Below, piece by piece: positions 1 through 17,700 of a DNA stretch of 64,000 nt. Where the stretch lies: NCBI RefSeq assembly GCF_009914755.1, contig NC_060929.1. The stretch is one strand, 5' to 3'. Below the pieces are notes generated by a model, which ran no database searches, was not told the origin of the DNA, and saw only the letters and a program-made list of their open reading frames with translations. The position numbers and the translations under genes were made by a program. The stretch's first letter is position 1. Each line of letters opens with the position of its first letter. The DNA is from the human T2T-CHM13v2.0 reference genome, Homo sapiens.

Positions 1-1639
1 AAGAAAATTACCAGAGTTGCTTAACTAGAATTACCAATTTTTTCAAGGAGTAAAATAAAATACACTACAACTTAATAACTGATGAGACTGAAGGCATTTA
101 AGACTCTTAGAAGGCTTTCAGTCATCATGGTGAATGCTGACCATCTTTTGTACTGGGAAATTTCATAAATGCCATGTGACAGACCTTTCCAACTGCTAGA
201 AGGATGTTTCATCCACCCTTTACTGTGCAAATTACAGACTTGCATATTCATAAACACTCACAAGCATGTACTTCTGACCAGCCCACTTCCACGAGGCTCT
301 TCCACCTCCAACCAACACAACAGAAACAGGATGGTTTCATCCCATCCCTCCCTCCTGCTATACCAGAGCCCTTGAATTTGGAAACCGTGCAATACTGCTC
401 AGGGACAGGATGACATGGAGGAGGAGCGGTAAGGCAGTGCAGACGGGCCCCACCCAATAGCAGCTTCCATGATTCTCTGGCAGCTCATCATGTCTCCACT
501 GGGCTCTCGGGAGGCCACAGCCCACACCCATGCAGATGGCGAGGTAAAGGCACTCTCTCACACTGCATCATCATGAGGTCATAAGCACAACGTTATTCCT
601 TTTATCAGGGGCTAAGCATCCATGAGAATCTAAGGCTTGGGTGAGTTTCCCTCTTCTACAAAGAGGAGTGGTCAGAGGACCAAACTAGTGCCTGGCTAAG
701 GAGCACTGGGCAGCTCCCTGACTCACCTCTTCCCTGCTGCTGCTCTCCCATTCCCTAACAATCCTGTGGCAGGATTTGTTTATATGATAGGTATGATTTC
801 ATGGCCCCGTTCCTCCAGGATCCTGCCCACCAGCAGTTGCCAAGCTCCACGGCCTCTGGACGCTCCCCTCTCACTGATGTCTTGCCTATCACATGGTCTA
901 GGAGGCTGATGAGGCCCACAAAATCCTCTGGAGCCTGCCAGCAGTGGCTGTTGACATTTCAAAAGGTCAATCAATCACTCCATTTCATGGAACATAATCA
1001 TCTTCTGGGACCTAAATGCAACAATAAAACCAAATAGCGCCAAACAATTGGGGAAAACGAATGATGCACATGAAGGAGGAAGGCTATAGCTGGCTTGGAA
1101 AGCATCCCTGTAGCCTGGGTCAGGAACAGGAGCCTGGAGCCCAGAGCTCTGCATCTGAATCCTACTCCTTCCATTAGCCCTGAGAAAGCCCTTTCCTTTT
1201 CTCAGCCTCAAGGATGAAGTGAATTGGCTTTGGGATGCTGTGCTCTGAGGACTAAACAAACCTTTCTTCAGAGGAGGAAGTATAGGAAGCTGGTAAAGTT
1301 TGTAAGGCCCCATAGGGTACCCTGTGGGGTGAGGGCCACCAGGCTAGAGCAGCTCTCCAGAGGCTGCAGCCATCCAGTTGGGTTGCAGAGAGGGCTCCTC
1401 TCATGCCTGCCTGGAGCCCTTTCTGCACAGTGCTTCCCTTAATTCCAGGCTTCAGGTGTTGCTTGAGGCCCGGGCACTGGGGAGGCTTCCTTGCATTTCA
1501 GGGCCCTCCCATCTGTACTCCCAGGAGGCATGTTTAATTACCAGGTTAGAAATTCGTCTATGGATTCCTTGAAAGCTGAGCATGTGTAACTCCAATGCTT
1601 GGAACAGAGCCTAGTACATGATATTGTCAGTAACTAGCT

Positions 1640-1800
1640 GTGGGGTAGAAAGAAAAGAGGGAAGGAGGGAAAGGGGGCAGGAAAGGGGAAGAGAAAGAGA
1701 AGGGGGAGGGAGGGGGCAAGGAACGAAGGAAGGAAGGGAGAGAGGGAGGGAGGGAGGGAGAGGTGGGGAGGGAAGGGGAGGGAAGAAAAGAGGGAGGGAC
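1640..1800. repeat. GA-rich / (GGGA)n low-complexity polypurine tract
   Basis: About 160 bp of almost pure purine on the + strand. Confidence 0.9.
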
Positions 1801-4800
1801 TCAGTTCATTAAAGACGTCCAGTTGCCTCCTTCTCTCTAGAATGAGGTGGCTTGCTTGTATTTGGCTCTGGCTACACAGCTTCCAAGGTAGGTTTCCTGG
1901 CAACGCCCTTTTCATCTCCTCCAGGACCCGCTGTGGGTGGGTCTCTGCCCTATTTTGTCATGGTTGAGGCTGCTATACTAGGGCTACTCCCCAGGTGGTC
2001 CCTGACCTTCACTATGTGACCTGATTACTCTCCAGCCTTATTACTCTCACTGCTGGGCCTGAGTCATGAACCAGAGCCACTGGACCTGACCGTTCCTCCT
2101 CCCAGACCCTAGCTTGTCCTGCTCCATTAGAGCAGATACAACCTGCCTCACAGGCTGTGTATGGCCCCAGTGGCACAAGGAAATCCACAGAGGAGGGGAC
2201 AGTCACAACCCCGGCCATGTGTTCCCTAGGCACAGAGCCAAAGGAGCTGCAACTCTATCTCCTGACATTACCTTCCCCTCTGGTTATTCTCTCCTTTTAA
2301 AAATTTGAGAACCAACCAGTCAATGTGGCCCAAATGTAGGCCAGCCCAGGGAGTTGCCTATGATGTGGGGGCTATTGCCTTGGTCTAGGTCTTCCTGAGA
2401 TGGGGTTGGGAGAGAAACATAGCTGGCCTTAATTTACAGGGAATAGGAGAGCCGGTGAAGTCTAACTCCTCCACCAGAAAACCAATTCCATGAGAGCAAG
2501 GGACTTGATGGCTGTATTCTCCACTATATTCACACCAGGCAGTCTCTGGCACATAGTAGGCATTCAATAAATATCACCTATTATGACTGATTATAATAAC
2601 AATCCATAACAAACTTCCCCAGGGCATTAAAAAGAGATCTGAGTTATAAATTATTTTATACACAAAATTGTAGACACATGGACTGTGTCAAAGTGAAGCA
2701 CAGCTGTCACATACAGGCAGGAAGGCCATCTCTTCAGATTACAGACCACCCCCGGGTCATATCCATTTTGATCACTTTAGAAGGAACTAAGAAGATGGGG
2801 AGGAAATGAAGGATTTTTATAGTGATTGGACCAAACGTTTCCCAATCAAGAGCCCATCTATTCACTGGAATCAGCTCCAATCTTGAGACACCAGCTGGCA
2901 GTGTTGTCAGATAAACCACATTCTCTCCTGTATGTGCAAACTCCACATTTGACTTCTATAATACTTGAGAGATGTGCTCTACAAGGACTGGCTTCACTTA
3001 TTCTGAAAACACTGGCTCCTTCAGTATATTTTCTTCAGTCTATTTTTCCTGCCTTGGCAGCAGGAAGAGCACTTTCAGAGATGTTTATTTTCCCTAATGA
3101 AAAACAGCCATCAGCTGCTCTTGGCATGCTGAGCAATGGCTCGGGCCACTCTGCAGCATTTCAGAGCAGGCTACAACTCCTAAGTCCACCTTCCTGGAAC
3201 AGTGACTTGTCCTAATCATACCATCTTTTCCTTCTTCTTCTCCCTCACTGCCAAAATGACCAGAAAAATGATGGTTTCATCTCAAGCCACCTGAAGGGCC
3301 AGAGACTCCACTGTAAATATTAATAGTTTCCAGACGTAGCATAAGGCTCATCCAAATGCTCATGTCCCCAGCCAGTTCTAAAGGAGCTATCTGTGAGGAT
3401 AGATCTCACTTTTATGTTGGAGATTAATATTATTTTTATTGGCTTGGAGATGAAGGGGCTCTGACACATCTCTGTAAACTTGCAGAAGCCCAATATGCTC
3501 TCCCTGGGCACGCTGGGCAAGAGGACTGAAAAGACACTGAGTTTAGGAAACTACCCCTGCAGAGCCTGAGATGTGTCTTTCCATGCTCTGCAATCCAGAA
3601 AGATCTGCATCCAGAGGATCTCAGCCAGAACTGACGCTGGCATGGATGGGCTCAGGGAGGAGTGCCATGAGGCAGGGGTCAGCCCACTGCACGGGAAGAT
3701 GGTGCTTCTCTCTGCCCTGGACATGAGCCATCAGCTATCAGCCATCAGCCCCCCACAATGCCTATTCCTTGGATAAGGGAAAAATGGACTCTGCAATATG
3801 CTCACCATGACAATCATTGGTTGCATCTGACCAAACCATCCCTTCCTGGGAATTTGCAATCTGAATACAAGCCCGGCCCTCCACCAGGCTCAGCCCAAGA
3901 GCACCTATCTTCATGAAGCCTTCTCTTGACTCAAGTGAACCAAATGTCCCATTTGCCAGGGACAGCCTGGGTTTACACTTACTGTCCACTCTATTTATCA
4001 GTAGTACCCCCTGTCACTCAAGCATCCCAGTTTGGATGATAACTGGGATGAGTGTCCTCTTACTTTCTTACCCCAAATCCTCAGATGCATGCACCCATCA
4101 GAATCACACTGTTTCATGGGGCACAAACCCACCTTCCTGGGATTTGGCAGTTACCCAGGGAATGGAGGCCACATCTCCTTTCTTTTCTCCTGGGTACTCC
4201 ACAGCCCTTGGCCCCAGCCTGGCCATGCAGAGGTACCCCTAGAGCTGGTTAAAAAGCATGACCCTGGCCTAGGCACTTGGCTGTGCAACCTGGTTGTTGT
4301 ATAAAACTAGTCAAATCATAAGTAAATTGGCAAATAACCAATATTTGAAGACAGTTTCAGCATCTGTGGGTTGGGAGATAGTGGAATGGCTCAGAACATC
4401 CTCATCATATGAGAAAAGAGTAACCAAATAAATGTTCACACAATACCATCACCGTGCCACCTTTGTCCCAAGACTTAAAATAAATACTATCAGGAACAGT
4501 AAAACTTGCAGGATGAATGAACAAATATATGCACAAATGAGCAACTGAACAGGGGAAACCTCCGTCTCTAGTTGCACTCTGCGCTCACAGAGCCTCTCTC
4601 TTCTGAGCCTCATGGCCTCTCCAGATTCTGGTTGGATGTGCACCTGGTCGTGTTCTCAGTCAGAGAATTTAAGTACCAAAGAGCAGTACAACCCCTGTTG
4701 GGTCCCAGTGCTGGAAAAATGGAGGCCCAGGTTCCCAGAGAGCTCTGTCTCTGGAGGAAGAAGGAAAGCATTTGGGATGGGATGCAGCTTGAAGACCAAC

Positions 4801-5449
4801 CAGTTTCTCTGGTTGGACACTTCATTCCATGGACTTTGGGCACATTGGGCAGTTTCTAATACACTGTGTGAGGCAGAGGCTAGATGGAAACCCAGCCCCC
4901 ATCTAAAAAGAGCAAGAACAGCCTGACTCAGGAGCCTGCAGTACAGAAGGAAAGGCACTAACTGGAAATCCAGAGAGGAGGGAAGGAGAGCCAGGAGCTC
5001 TTACCCAGGTGGCCGCTGAAAGGGCCAGGGATGGAGGGTGTGAGGGGCCCCACCAACCCAACAGACTTGCTAGCTAGCACCAGGTCTCTTCCCATGGGAA
5101 AAGGCCACTGTTCCTCCCATATGTAGGAGCACACAGTGCTCAGAACTCCAGAAAGAAAGGACTGTTCCTTTGTACTCTGCCAACCTACTGGTGACAGACA
5201 CAGAGCTGAGCACTGTGATTATAGAGAAGAAACAACCGTCCTTGAGAACTTCCTGATCTGATGTAGTTTTCTAGGTCATGGACTCTTTGGGAAAACACAA
5301 AAACCATGATCGCTGCCCCCTCCAAAATACTTTCGTGTGATACAAACCCCTTCCTGCATTCCATTTCGTGGACTGACCTTCCAAGGCCCAACCATGGGTG
5401 CTGGGTGAAGAACCCTTGGGCTTAGAGGAAAAATGGTGGAAGGACAGGA

Positions 5450-5590
5450 GTGCTGCCATGTGCTGGGCTCAGGGCTTTAACTCTTCTCACAACAGCACAC
5501 AGAGATGTTGGCTTCATTTCACAGATGGGAAAACTGATGACAGCTCAGAGAGGTGACATAACTGACCCAAGGTCACACGGCTACAAAATA
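5450..5590 (-). mobile_element. MIR SINE fragment
   Basis: tttcacagatgggaaaactga...cccaaggtcacac is the reverse complement of the MIR core. Confidence 0.7.
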
Positions 5591-6019
5591 CCCCGCCCAG
5601 GGCTTTGCACTATTCTCTCCATCCCCAGGCCGCCCAAGAACAAGTGCCATACAAGGGGCTACGTGACAACCAGAAGGATGAGCTATCCTATTCGGAGCAG
5701 GCAGTTAAAGTCCACTGAGGCCAACTCAGAGCTGTAACTCCCCATCACCATGCGATTTATGCAGACGTTTCCCATTAGCTCTAATGGATGTGGGGAGCAT
5801 AATTCCAGGGCACAACTCCAGACAGGCTCTTGTGATCTGAATGCCACTAAAATCAATGGCATCGTCCAGGACTGATATGGCAATTGTGGTGCTTTATAAG
5901 TAGGCCTGTGGGGTTGGAAGGAGAAGCAGCGTGGGCCCTCCTGTCTCCATGGTGCCCCATCTGGTGGGAATGGTGCCCCTAGATAGGCAGTCTGGAAGAG
6001 TGGGTCGAGAGCTGATTTC

Positions 6020-6172
6020 AGAGCTGGGTTGACTGGGTTCAAATCCTGGTCCCAGCTCTTTCCAGCCACGTGACTTGGCAAGCTATTGAAGTGCTCTGAA
6101 ACTCATTCTCAACATCCGTAAAGTGGGGATTAATGAGTTAACACGGGTAACCCCTGAGAACAGTGCCTGGCT
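6020..6172 (+). mobile_element. MIR SINE fragment
   Basis: gggttcaaatcctgg...gtgacttggcaag...aacagtgcctggc. Confidence 0.7.
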
Positions 6173-9100
6173 CCAAGGTAAAATTTCACTTTGAGAAACA
6201 CAAAAGGCCTGCAAAGGTCACTTCCAAGGGAACCTCCCCACTGGGTTACAAACCCAAGCTGAGGCTAGAGCTATCAGGTTGCTCGTGGATTTGTCCTGGA
6301 GACCTTCTAAGCAGATGTCAGCACTGAAGTCCAGTTGGCTTAAGGGCCAGGATTCCCAAGGGGGCCACTTTGAAGGCCTATGCCCACGATGCTGTGTGGC
6401 ATCTGGAGGGTCAGGAGGGAGAGTGAATGGCCGCCCAGCTCAGCCCCTGCAGGAGGTCCAGGCCGTGTGTGATTCTTGTAGCCATCCTACTTCTTTCTCT
6501 CCCCTGCCACGGGATAGATGAGCACGTAAGAAGCTGGTGCTGAGCCCCACTAGAAGGCCAGAATTCCATCCTACTCTTGACAGCATAACCAAATCAACAT
6601 TTCAATCAATATTTTGAAAAAGAAATATACAAAGAGATCCTGTTATCCTAGGATAACAGGTACCAGAAACAGAGCCACAGCAAATCCACACAAAACAGGT
6701 ACAAAACCCATAGTGAAAGGTGAAGAAAAGTTTTATTGAGACTTTATCTTAAAAATTAAGATAAATTTATAAAGATATGTTTACTTTTATATTTTAAAAT
6801 CTATGTGATAATTGCAACTCTGCTAATTATTAGAATGAATAAAGAATAAATTATGAGTTGGTATAATCATCTAACATTTGCTTTAGACAAACCCATAAAA
6901 AAGCAAAGCAAATTGCATGATCTGATAGGAAGGAAATAGCTCAGGACCTGCCTTGCCTGGCTTCAGCTGCCCTAAGGCTGCCAGGCTACCCCTTGCTGCA
7001 AGATCCAGATCTGACTGATGGTACCTTTGCACTGTAGAAAGCAAGCACCCAGTGGTGATGCAGAGAACTTGAGATTGAAAGAGGGACAATAAAAGTTCCC
7101 AGGATTCCCAAAAAGTAGGATAGATGCACTGAATCAAGAAGCCATGAGGTCAAGCTAGCTACCAGACAGCTTTTGGAGGATCCTTCCATCTTCCCAGGAT
7201 ACCCCCTGTTTGGGCCAGTCCAACCCCCAAATAGGGAGCTTCATCTGGCTATGCAAACCAAGCCACTGGGTCCTGGGTGGGAGGGGATGGGAAGTGTCAA
7301 GTCCTTGATCTCTCTGTCTAAGCAAGATCTCAGAATTTTGGAGAAGAGAAACAACCAGACTAGAAGAGATGGGATAGCTCATTTTCTTCCAACGTTGAAA
7401 CTAGGGAAGTAGCAAGAGTGAAGTCATTTCAATCCATCATACACTGTAGTGTTGGGCAATGCACAGCCACACATCGGCTCTCCCATAAACCTGGCCACAA
7501 AGGGAGCCCGGACGCTGAACCCTTCTTACAGCTAGAACCCTGGAGACACAGAGCTGCAGCCAGGGTTTTTCTCACAGCAACAAGGCACTCTCCAGGAGGG
7601 AGACCCTTGCTTTTCACAGACCCTTGTCCACTGACCCACAGAAGAGGTGAGAAACTAGACACAGCACCAAGGGCTCGTCTGGGCGCTGGGTTTGAATCAC
7701 ACAATAATGATCTGGACAGAGGCTGCTCCACAAAGACATGCCTCCAGCTCAGCCCAGCCCAGACACACATGGAGAGAGAAAAAAATAAAATACCAGATGT
7801 GGCTGTTGTCCAACATGGCCCCCCGTCTCTGGCAATGTAAAATAACCTTTGCTTATCAAGCCCTTTCTACAAACCAGGCCCTGGGCTCCCTTTAATCTTC
7901 TCATCAACTCTATGACTCACGTACTCATTTGACAAATGTGAGAGCTCAAATGCACGCCTGGACAGTGGTGTAGCCCCAGATTCTAACTCATGCCAAGCCC
8001 ACGCTCTTAACCCTGAAGCCCGGCGATCTCACCAGGAAGATGAGAGCTCTGCAGATCAGATGCCTGGAACAGTGTCTGGTACAGAGGAGGTACTCAAAAA
8101 TACTCGATGCCTCTTTGCTGCGTCTTCACTTCACAACAACCTGGAGAATTGAAAAATCTTGGCAGATAATCTAAGCTTCGTAAAACTTCTGCCAAGCTGT
8201 GATGAGTGAGTAAATCTTGACTGTGGGCTCTTGAAGGTAGGAACTGAGTCAGATCCTTTACTCTCCCAGAACACCATATGCCTCCCCTGCTCTGCGTGGA
8301 AGTGTGGTCCTGTGATTAATTAAGTCATGCCTGTCTCCTCCACTGGGATATGTGTTACCCCAGCGTCATTTCATGATTGACACACAGTGGGCAACAATGG
8401 ATATTCCTTGAATGAAGAGGCTAATAACCGGCAAGGAGGCTGGTGTGGCTGGATCTCAGCCAGGAAGACAGTGAGCTCCAGAAATGAGACTTATGCACCA
8501 GCTGGGTCCCCCAGACATCCCTTACGCCCTTGAGTTTCCTCATCTCTTCAGGATCTCTCCATGGGATCAGGGCAGTCTTGGCTTCCTGGTTCAGCCACCT
8601 TCGGCATAGACATTACTCAGTCAAATCTTCAAAATATTCCTCAGTCATTTAAATATGAAAATTTTGTCCTGAACTGAAGAAAATGCTCTGAAAACTTGTG
8701 TTGTCTTTCAAATGAGCAGATTCCCTAAATTATGAAAGCAAACAAATTAGGATAGAAGATCTCCAAATAATTGCATAAACTCCAATTTCCTATGTTTTAA
8801 TATAAACATCAAAATAATAAACTCACACATATACAGGGAGAAAAAATATCCAGCTTGATGCTGTTGCAGTCTTTAGAAGCTGAAACCTAAATGACTAAAT
8901 TGGCAGTTTATTAACAGGAAAATTATGCTAAGTAGCTTCATGTTGATGTCAAGAATTTTATGCAGTGAGTTATGGCATGGTACCCTGAGTGCTTCATTTG
9001 CATTTTCTCATTTAGAGAGAACAATGGCTCCAAATGAGTGCATCATGTTCACATTACAAACCCAAGAACATTTGCACAGACAGAAAGGCATATCTTGATA

Positions 9101-10023
9101 CCATAGTGATTAAGCCTTTTGTTCATTATGCTTCAGCATAGACTTAGGGGAAAGAGGGCAGATTAACTTTACTTAGGCTGGTAATGAAGGGACCTGGGCC
9201 AGAGCTCTTAAACTTCTCAAAGGACAAGCAGCCACAGCCCACAGGACTCTTTATTTTTCAGGACTCCCCTGTTTGATTTTGCTCAATGAGGACTGGGAGC
9301 TGTGTAATAGGTAAGTAAATGCACACCCTACTTCACATCGTGGAATGCCTTGCGAAATCCCAAACACTGCGAAGAATAGGAAGGAGACTCTCATGCAGCC
9401 CACACCTGCTAAACCTGGGCTGCTTTGCTTTCCCCACTCAGCTCCACAGAGTGGGTACTTCCCAGGCCCTGGCTTGTTCAACCAATGCTTATTGAAAACA
9501 CACATTTATTGAGTATCCTCATTGTGCTTAGTCCTCGGCTGAGTGAAGGAGCAGAAGAAAGCACCATGCCGGCTCCTTAAGAGTTCAAGAAAGAATTCTT
9601 AGATGTGCAGCACTGCTAGAAATCATGTGGTCATCGATAAGCAAGTACTGGTTCAAATGCTGTTAAAATGTCCAAATGTAAGTGCAGTTAATCAGGCCAT
9701 GTACCATGGAAGAATCGTTGGAAGAAGTAACACTTGACTGAGTGTCTAAGAATGGATCCAATTTTTAGCTCATCCAGCAAGAAAATGGAAGGTATTCCAG
9801 ATGGAAGAAACTGCACAAGCAAAAGTACAGAAGGACAAGTGAGCTTAGAATCTGATGTAGACCATCAGGAAGAGTAGTGTTCATTCATGCAGGCTTATTT
9901 TCTCAAAACCACAGGCCATCAGCAGAGATGTGCCTCATCAGTTTATATAAGTTTATATAAGAATATATATATATATATTCTTATATAAACTTAACCTGTT
10001 CAAGACTTAACATGGCAGAAATA

Positions 10024-10223
10024 ATGCTATGTGTTTGCCAAATTTCATTTCATACCCCTCCTTAACTGGGAACATGTTAAACTGTGTTTTAAGCTTCCCT
10101 GCAGTCAGGCAGGACCACGGAACTACTTCTGTGTAAAAGATATTAACTTTTGTCATTTAATCACATGGAGATTTGGAGGGTGCTTGTCACTGTGGTATAA
10201 CTTATTTTATCTTGACTAATACA
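10024..10223 (+). mobile_element. Old MaLR (MLT1-like) LTR remnant
   Basis: Ends ...gagatttggagggtgcttgtcactgtgg...cttgactaataca, a typical MLT1 3' end. Confidence 0.55.
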
Positions 10224-10979
10224 TTGGAAAAACCATATTCATTACTTGAATTCTGACGTCATAAATTTATACAATCATTCAAAAAATATTTAAGAGCCCA
10301 CTGTGTGCCAGGTACATTAGGCATCGGGAACACAGGAGTGAGCAAAACAATAGTCTCTTATAGTTAAATGGAAATCATTCCCAAATATTAGCTTTTATGA
10401 ATCACAGAAACAAATTCCATTTTTAGAAAAGGGAAACTTTAGACACAACATTTCTTAAATTACTGAATTGGAATAATAGCCTCCAACCCAGTATTTCATT
10501 CAGTCCAAGTATTTGTCCCTTGGCCAATGGCCAGTTGGACTTTTGGCAAATCCCTTATCTGGTTCCTAAAAATCAGGAGTCTGTCCTGAGCCAGAATGAC
10601 CCATCAGGCTGCACCTCTCTGGCCTGTAAATAGTTTCTTCTGACTCCCATCACAGAGCAAAAATCTGGGGGTTTATCATCACAGACAACTATTCAAACTA
10701 GTTAAACGTTAGAAGCAATCCAAATAGGAATTGACTATTTCTGACTTTTAACTAGTTTGAACAGTTAAAATTCCAACAGTTGAGTGGATAAGCAAACTGG
10801 TATATCCATATGATGGAATACTATGCAGCAATAAAAAGAGCCCTTATACTCCTTATAGGGTCCTAATTTTAGAACTTCAAAAGAGGCCTGTGAGAACAAC
10901 ATTTGTTTTCTCCAGGACAATACTAGTATTTCATTAGGATGGCAGAAATATGCTGATTGTTTTAAATTTGATTGGTACT

Positions 10980-14615
<3,636 letters not shown>

Positions 14616-14619
14616 CTCC

Positions 14620-14748
14620 TCTCTGTGGTTTTAATTTGCATTTTCCTAGTGATTAATCCTGTTGAACATCTTTTTATGTGTTTGTTAGCCACTCACATAT
14701 TTATTGTGTGTGAAACAATTGCTCAAATACCTTTTGCCCATCTTTTTT
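14620..14748 (-). mobile_element. L1M host segment 2
   Basis: gtggttttaatttgcattttcctagtgattaat...ttttgcccatc continues the L1 interrupted at about 12014. Confidence 0.8.
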
Positions 14749-17700
14749 ACCCTCTACCCACAACAATTTGTTTTTGATGTCACAATTTACATATTTTTAT
14801 ATTGTATATTCTTTAACAACTCATCGTAGCTTTATTTATTTTTGATGACTTTTTGACTTTTAACTTTCATAATAGAAATTTATATGATTTATACACCAGC
14901 GGTATTATAGTTTTCTGGATCTGGCTACACATTTACCTCTACCAGTGAGTTTTATACTTTCATATATATTCATGATGGTAATTATTGTCCTTTTATTCCC
15001 ACTTTAAGAACTCTCTTAAGCATTTCTTGTAGGGCAGTACTAGTGGTGATGAATTCCTTCAGCTTTTCCTTATTTGGGAAAGACTTTACTTCTCCTTCAT
15101 TTCTGAAGGACAGCTTTGCTGGGTATAGTATTCTTGACTGACAGTCTTTTTTTTCCTTTAGCACTTTGAATATATCATCCCATTCTATACTGGCCTGTAA
15201 GGTTTCTGCTAAGAAATATACTGATAGTTTAATGTAGGTTCTCTTATATGTGACTTGGTGTTTTCCTCTTGCTGCTTTTAAAATTCTCCCTTTGTCTTTA
15301 ACTTTTGACAATTTGATTTTGTGTCTTGGAGAGGACCTCTTTGGGCTATATCTATCTGGGAACCTTTGAGCATCATGAATTTGGATGTTCATATCGCTCT
15401 GAAAACCTAAGAAGTTTTCAGTAATTATTTTATTAAATAAGTTTTGTGTCCCTTTCTCTGTCTCTTCTCCTGTAACTCCCATAATGCAAATACTTGTTTG
15501 CTTAATGGTATCTCATAAGTCCCATAGACTGTCTTCACTGTTTTTCATTCTTTTTTCTTCTCTGACTCAGTGATTTCAAAAGACCTATCTTCAGGTTCAC
15601 AGATTATTTCTTCTGCTTGATCAAATCTGCTGTTGAAGCTCTCTATTGCAGGGATCCCCAACCCCTGGGCCACAGACCAGTACCAGTCCATGGCCTATTG
15701 GGAACCCAGCCACATAGCAGGAGGTGAGTGAGTAGTACGTCCTGAGCTCCACCTCCTGTCAGATCAGCAGGGACATTAGATTCTCATAAGAGTGCAAACC
15801 CTATAGTGAACTGCATATGTGAGGGATCTATGAGAATCTAGCCATGCCTGATGATCTGAGGTGGAAGTGTCATCCCAAAGCCATTCCCCCACCACCCAGT
15901 CTGTGGAAGAATTCTCTTCCATGAAACTGGTCCCTGGTGTCAAAAAGGTTGGGGACCACTGCTCTCTCGTATGTTTTTTATTTTATCAATTGAATTCTTC
16001 AGCTCCGTGATTTCTGTTTGGTTCTTTTTAATGATATCTCTTTGTTGAATTTCTCATTCAGACCATGAATTGTTTTCCTGATTTCATTAAGTTGTCTATT
16101 TATATTCCTTTATATCTCACTGAGTCTCCTTAAGATCATTATGTGGAATTCTCTTTCAGAAAACTCATACATTTTCATTTATTTGGGGTCAGTTAGCAGA
16201 GAATTATTGTTTTCCCTTGGTAGTATCACGTTTCCTTGCTTTTTCTTATTTCTTGTGTCCCTGCATAGGTGTCTCCACATCTGGTGGTATAATCGGCTCT
16301 CTCAAACTTTATAGAGTGGCTTTCAGAGGGGAAGATTTTCATCTGCAGATGGGCCTGGGGCTTTTGGTTGAGCAGGCTCTGGTGGCTTTCATTTCATGTG
16401 GGTGAAGGGATGTAGACTCCTTGCAACTTCTTCAGTTGTGATCAATATCAGTGATGAATGCAAGTGCCTCAATGGTCTGGGCTACAGAAGTTTGTGGCCA
16501 TGATGGTGGCCACATAGGTATTAGGTCAAAGGCGTTAGTGATCCTCCTGTTTTTGTCTTCCCCACGGTTAGGAGTCATAAATGAGGTGATTTCTCTTGGT
16601 GTTGGGTCTTACAGGGTACACTGGCAGCTGCAGCAGGACTGGGATCTAATGCACAGGTGCACAGAGCAGCTGTGGAGCCAGGGTCTGGGTTTAGGATCTT
16701 GTGAAAATACTGTGGCACCTGGGATGTGATGTACAGTTTTACTTTTGAGGCACAAGTGGATACAGTTCTTCCACTAAGCAAGGGTCTTTGTTCTGAGTTA
16801 TAGCCCAGATACTTGGGCCCACAAGGCTGGGATGTGGCTGTAGTTTTCACCCCAGGGCAGGAGGGCAGCAATTGCATGGCTCTGGAGAAGAAGACGTACT
16901 CCAGAGGCTCAGGCCTTGGAGAGCAGAACATAGCTGTAGTTTGGGATGCAGAATCCATATGACACAGCGGGAGCTTGGCCTTTGGGGGATGAGGTACCAC
17001 ACAGTGGTGACTCTGGGCCCTGGGGTAGTGGGACATGGCAGTAGCCCAGGCTCTGTGAGGCCAGGTGCAGGAGCAGCAAGGATCCAAAAGTGGCAGGCTA
17101 TCACTATGGCTTATGAATCAGCAGGAAGAAAGCAGCTCAGCAATGACTCCACTCCTCAGAGAGGTGGCGTGCCTCAGCAGCTCACACTATGGGGCTGCAA
17201 GTCCAATTCCAGGTAGGCAGGGGATTGTGGCTGCTCAGCCAAGGCTCTGATTCCCTGAGAAACAAGGGCATGCATCTGCTTAGCCCCCAGGGAGTGTGGC
17301 TACATGGATCAGTGAAGCCTTTTGATCCCTGGGGGATAGGTCATCATGTCTGCTATGGCACTGGGGAACCCAACTACTCCAGTATGCTGGAGGCCTGAGG
17401 TCCACATTGGCTGGGGAACCACTTCAGCTCATCCCTAAAAGTGCACCAGCAACTGGGCTGGGGAAACGGAGAAGCTCCATGGTAGCTTGGCCCTAGGGGT
17501 TAGGGCATAGCAGCAGCTCAGCTCAAGGATGGTATACTGCCAGGTGGGCATGTTGCAGTGGCAGCAAAATTGGGCAGGCTGTGCCATCCTCAAGGATGGA
17601 GAAGTACAATGGCTACTTGCCCTAGAGCAGGACACACCCCAGCAGTGGCTCCCACTCCAATATGGCACAATGTAGTCACAGCAGGGGGCACAGTGGAGGT

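Noticed and set aside
773-965. Possible upstream exon(s): acceptors near 772 and 818, donors near 791 and 966
   Set aside because: I could not link them convincingly in phase to exon A, and the donor at 966 is poor. Similar orphan sites occur at about 24021-24079 and 19165.
6649-6664. Resemblance to the I-SceI site (TAGGGATAACAGGGTAAT)
   Set aside because: Needs two deletions plus mismatches; no vector context; coincidental.
14982-15482. 166-aa ORF as a host gene
   Set aside because: It is a decayed L1 ORF1p fragment.
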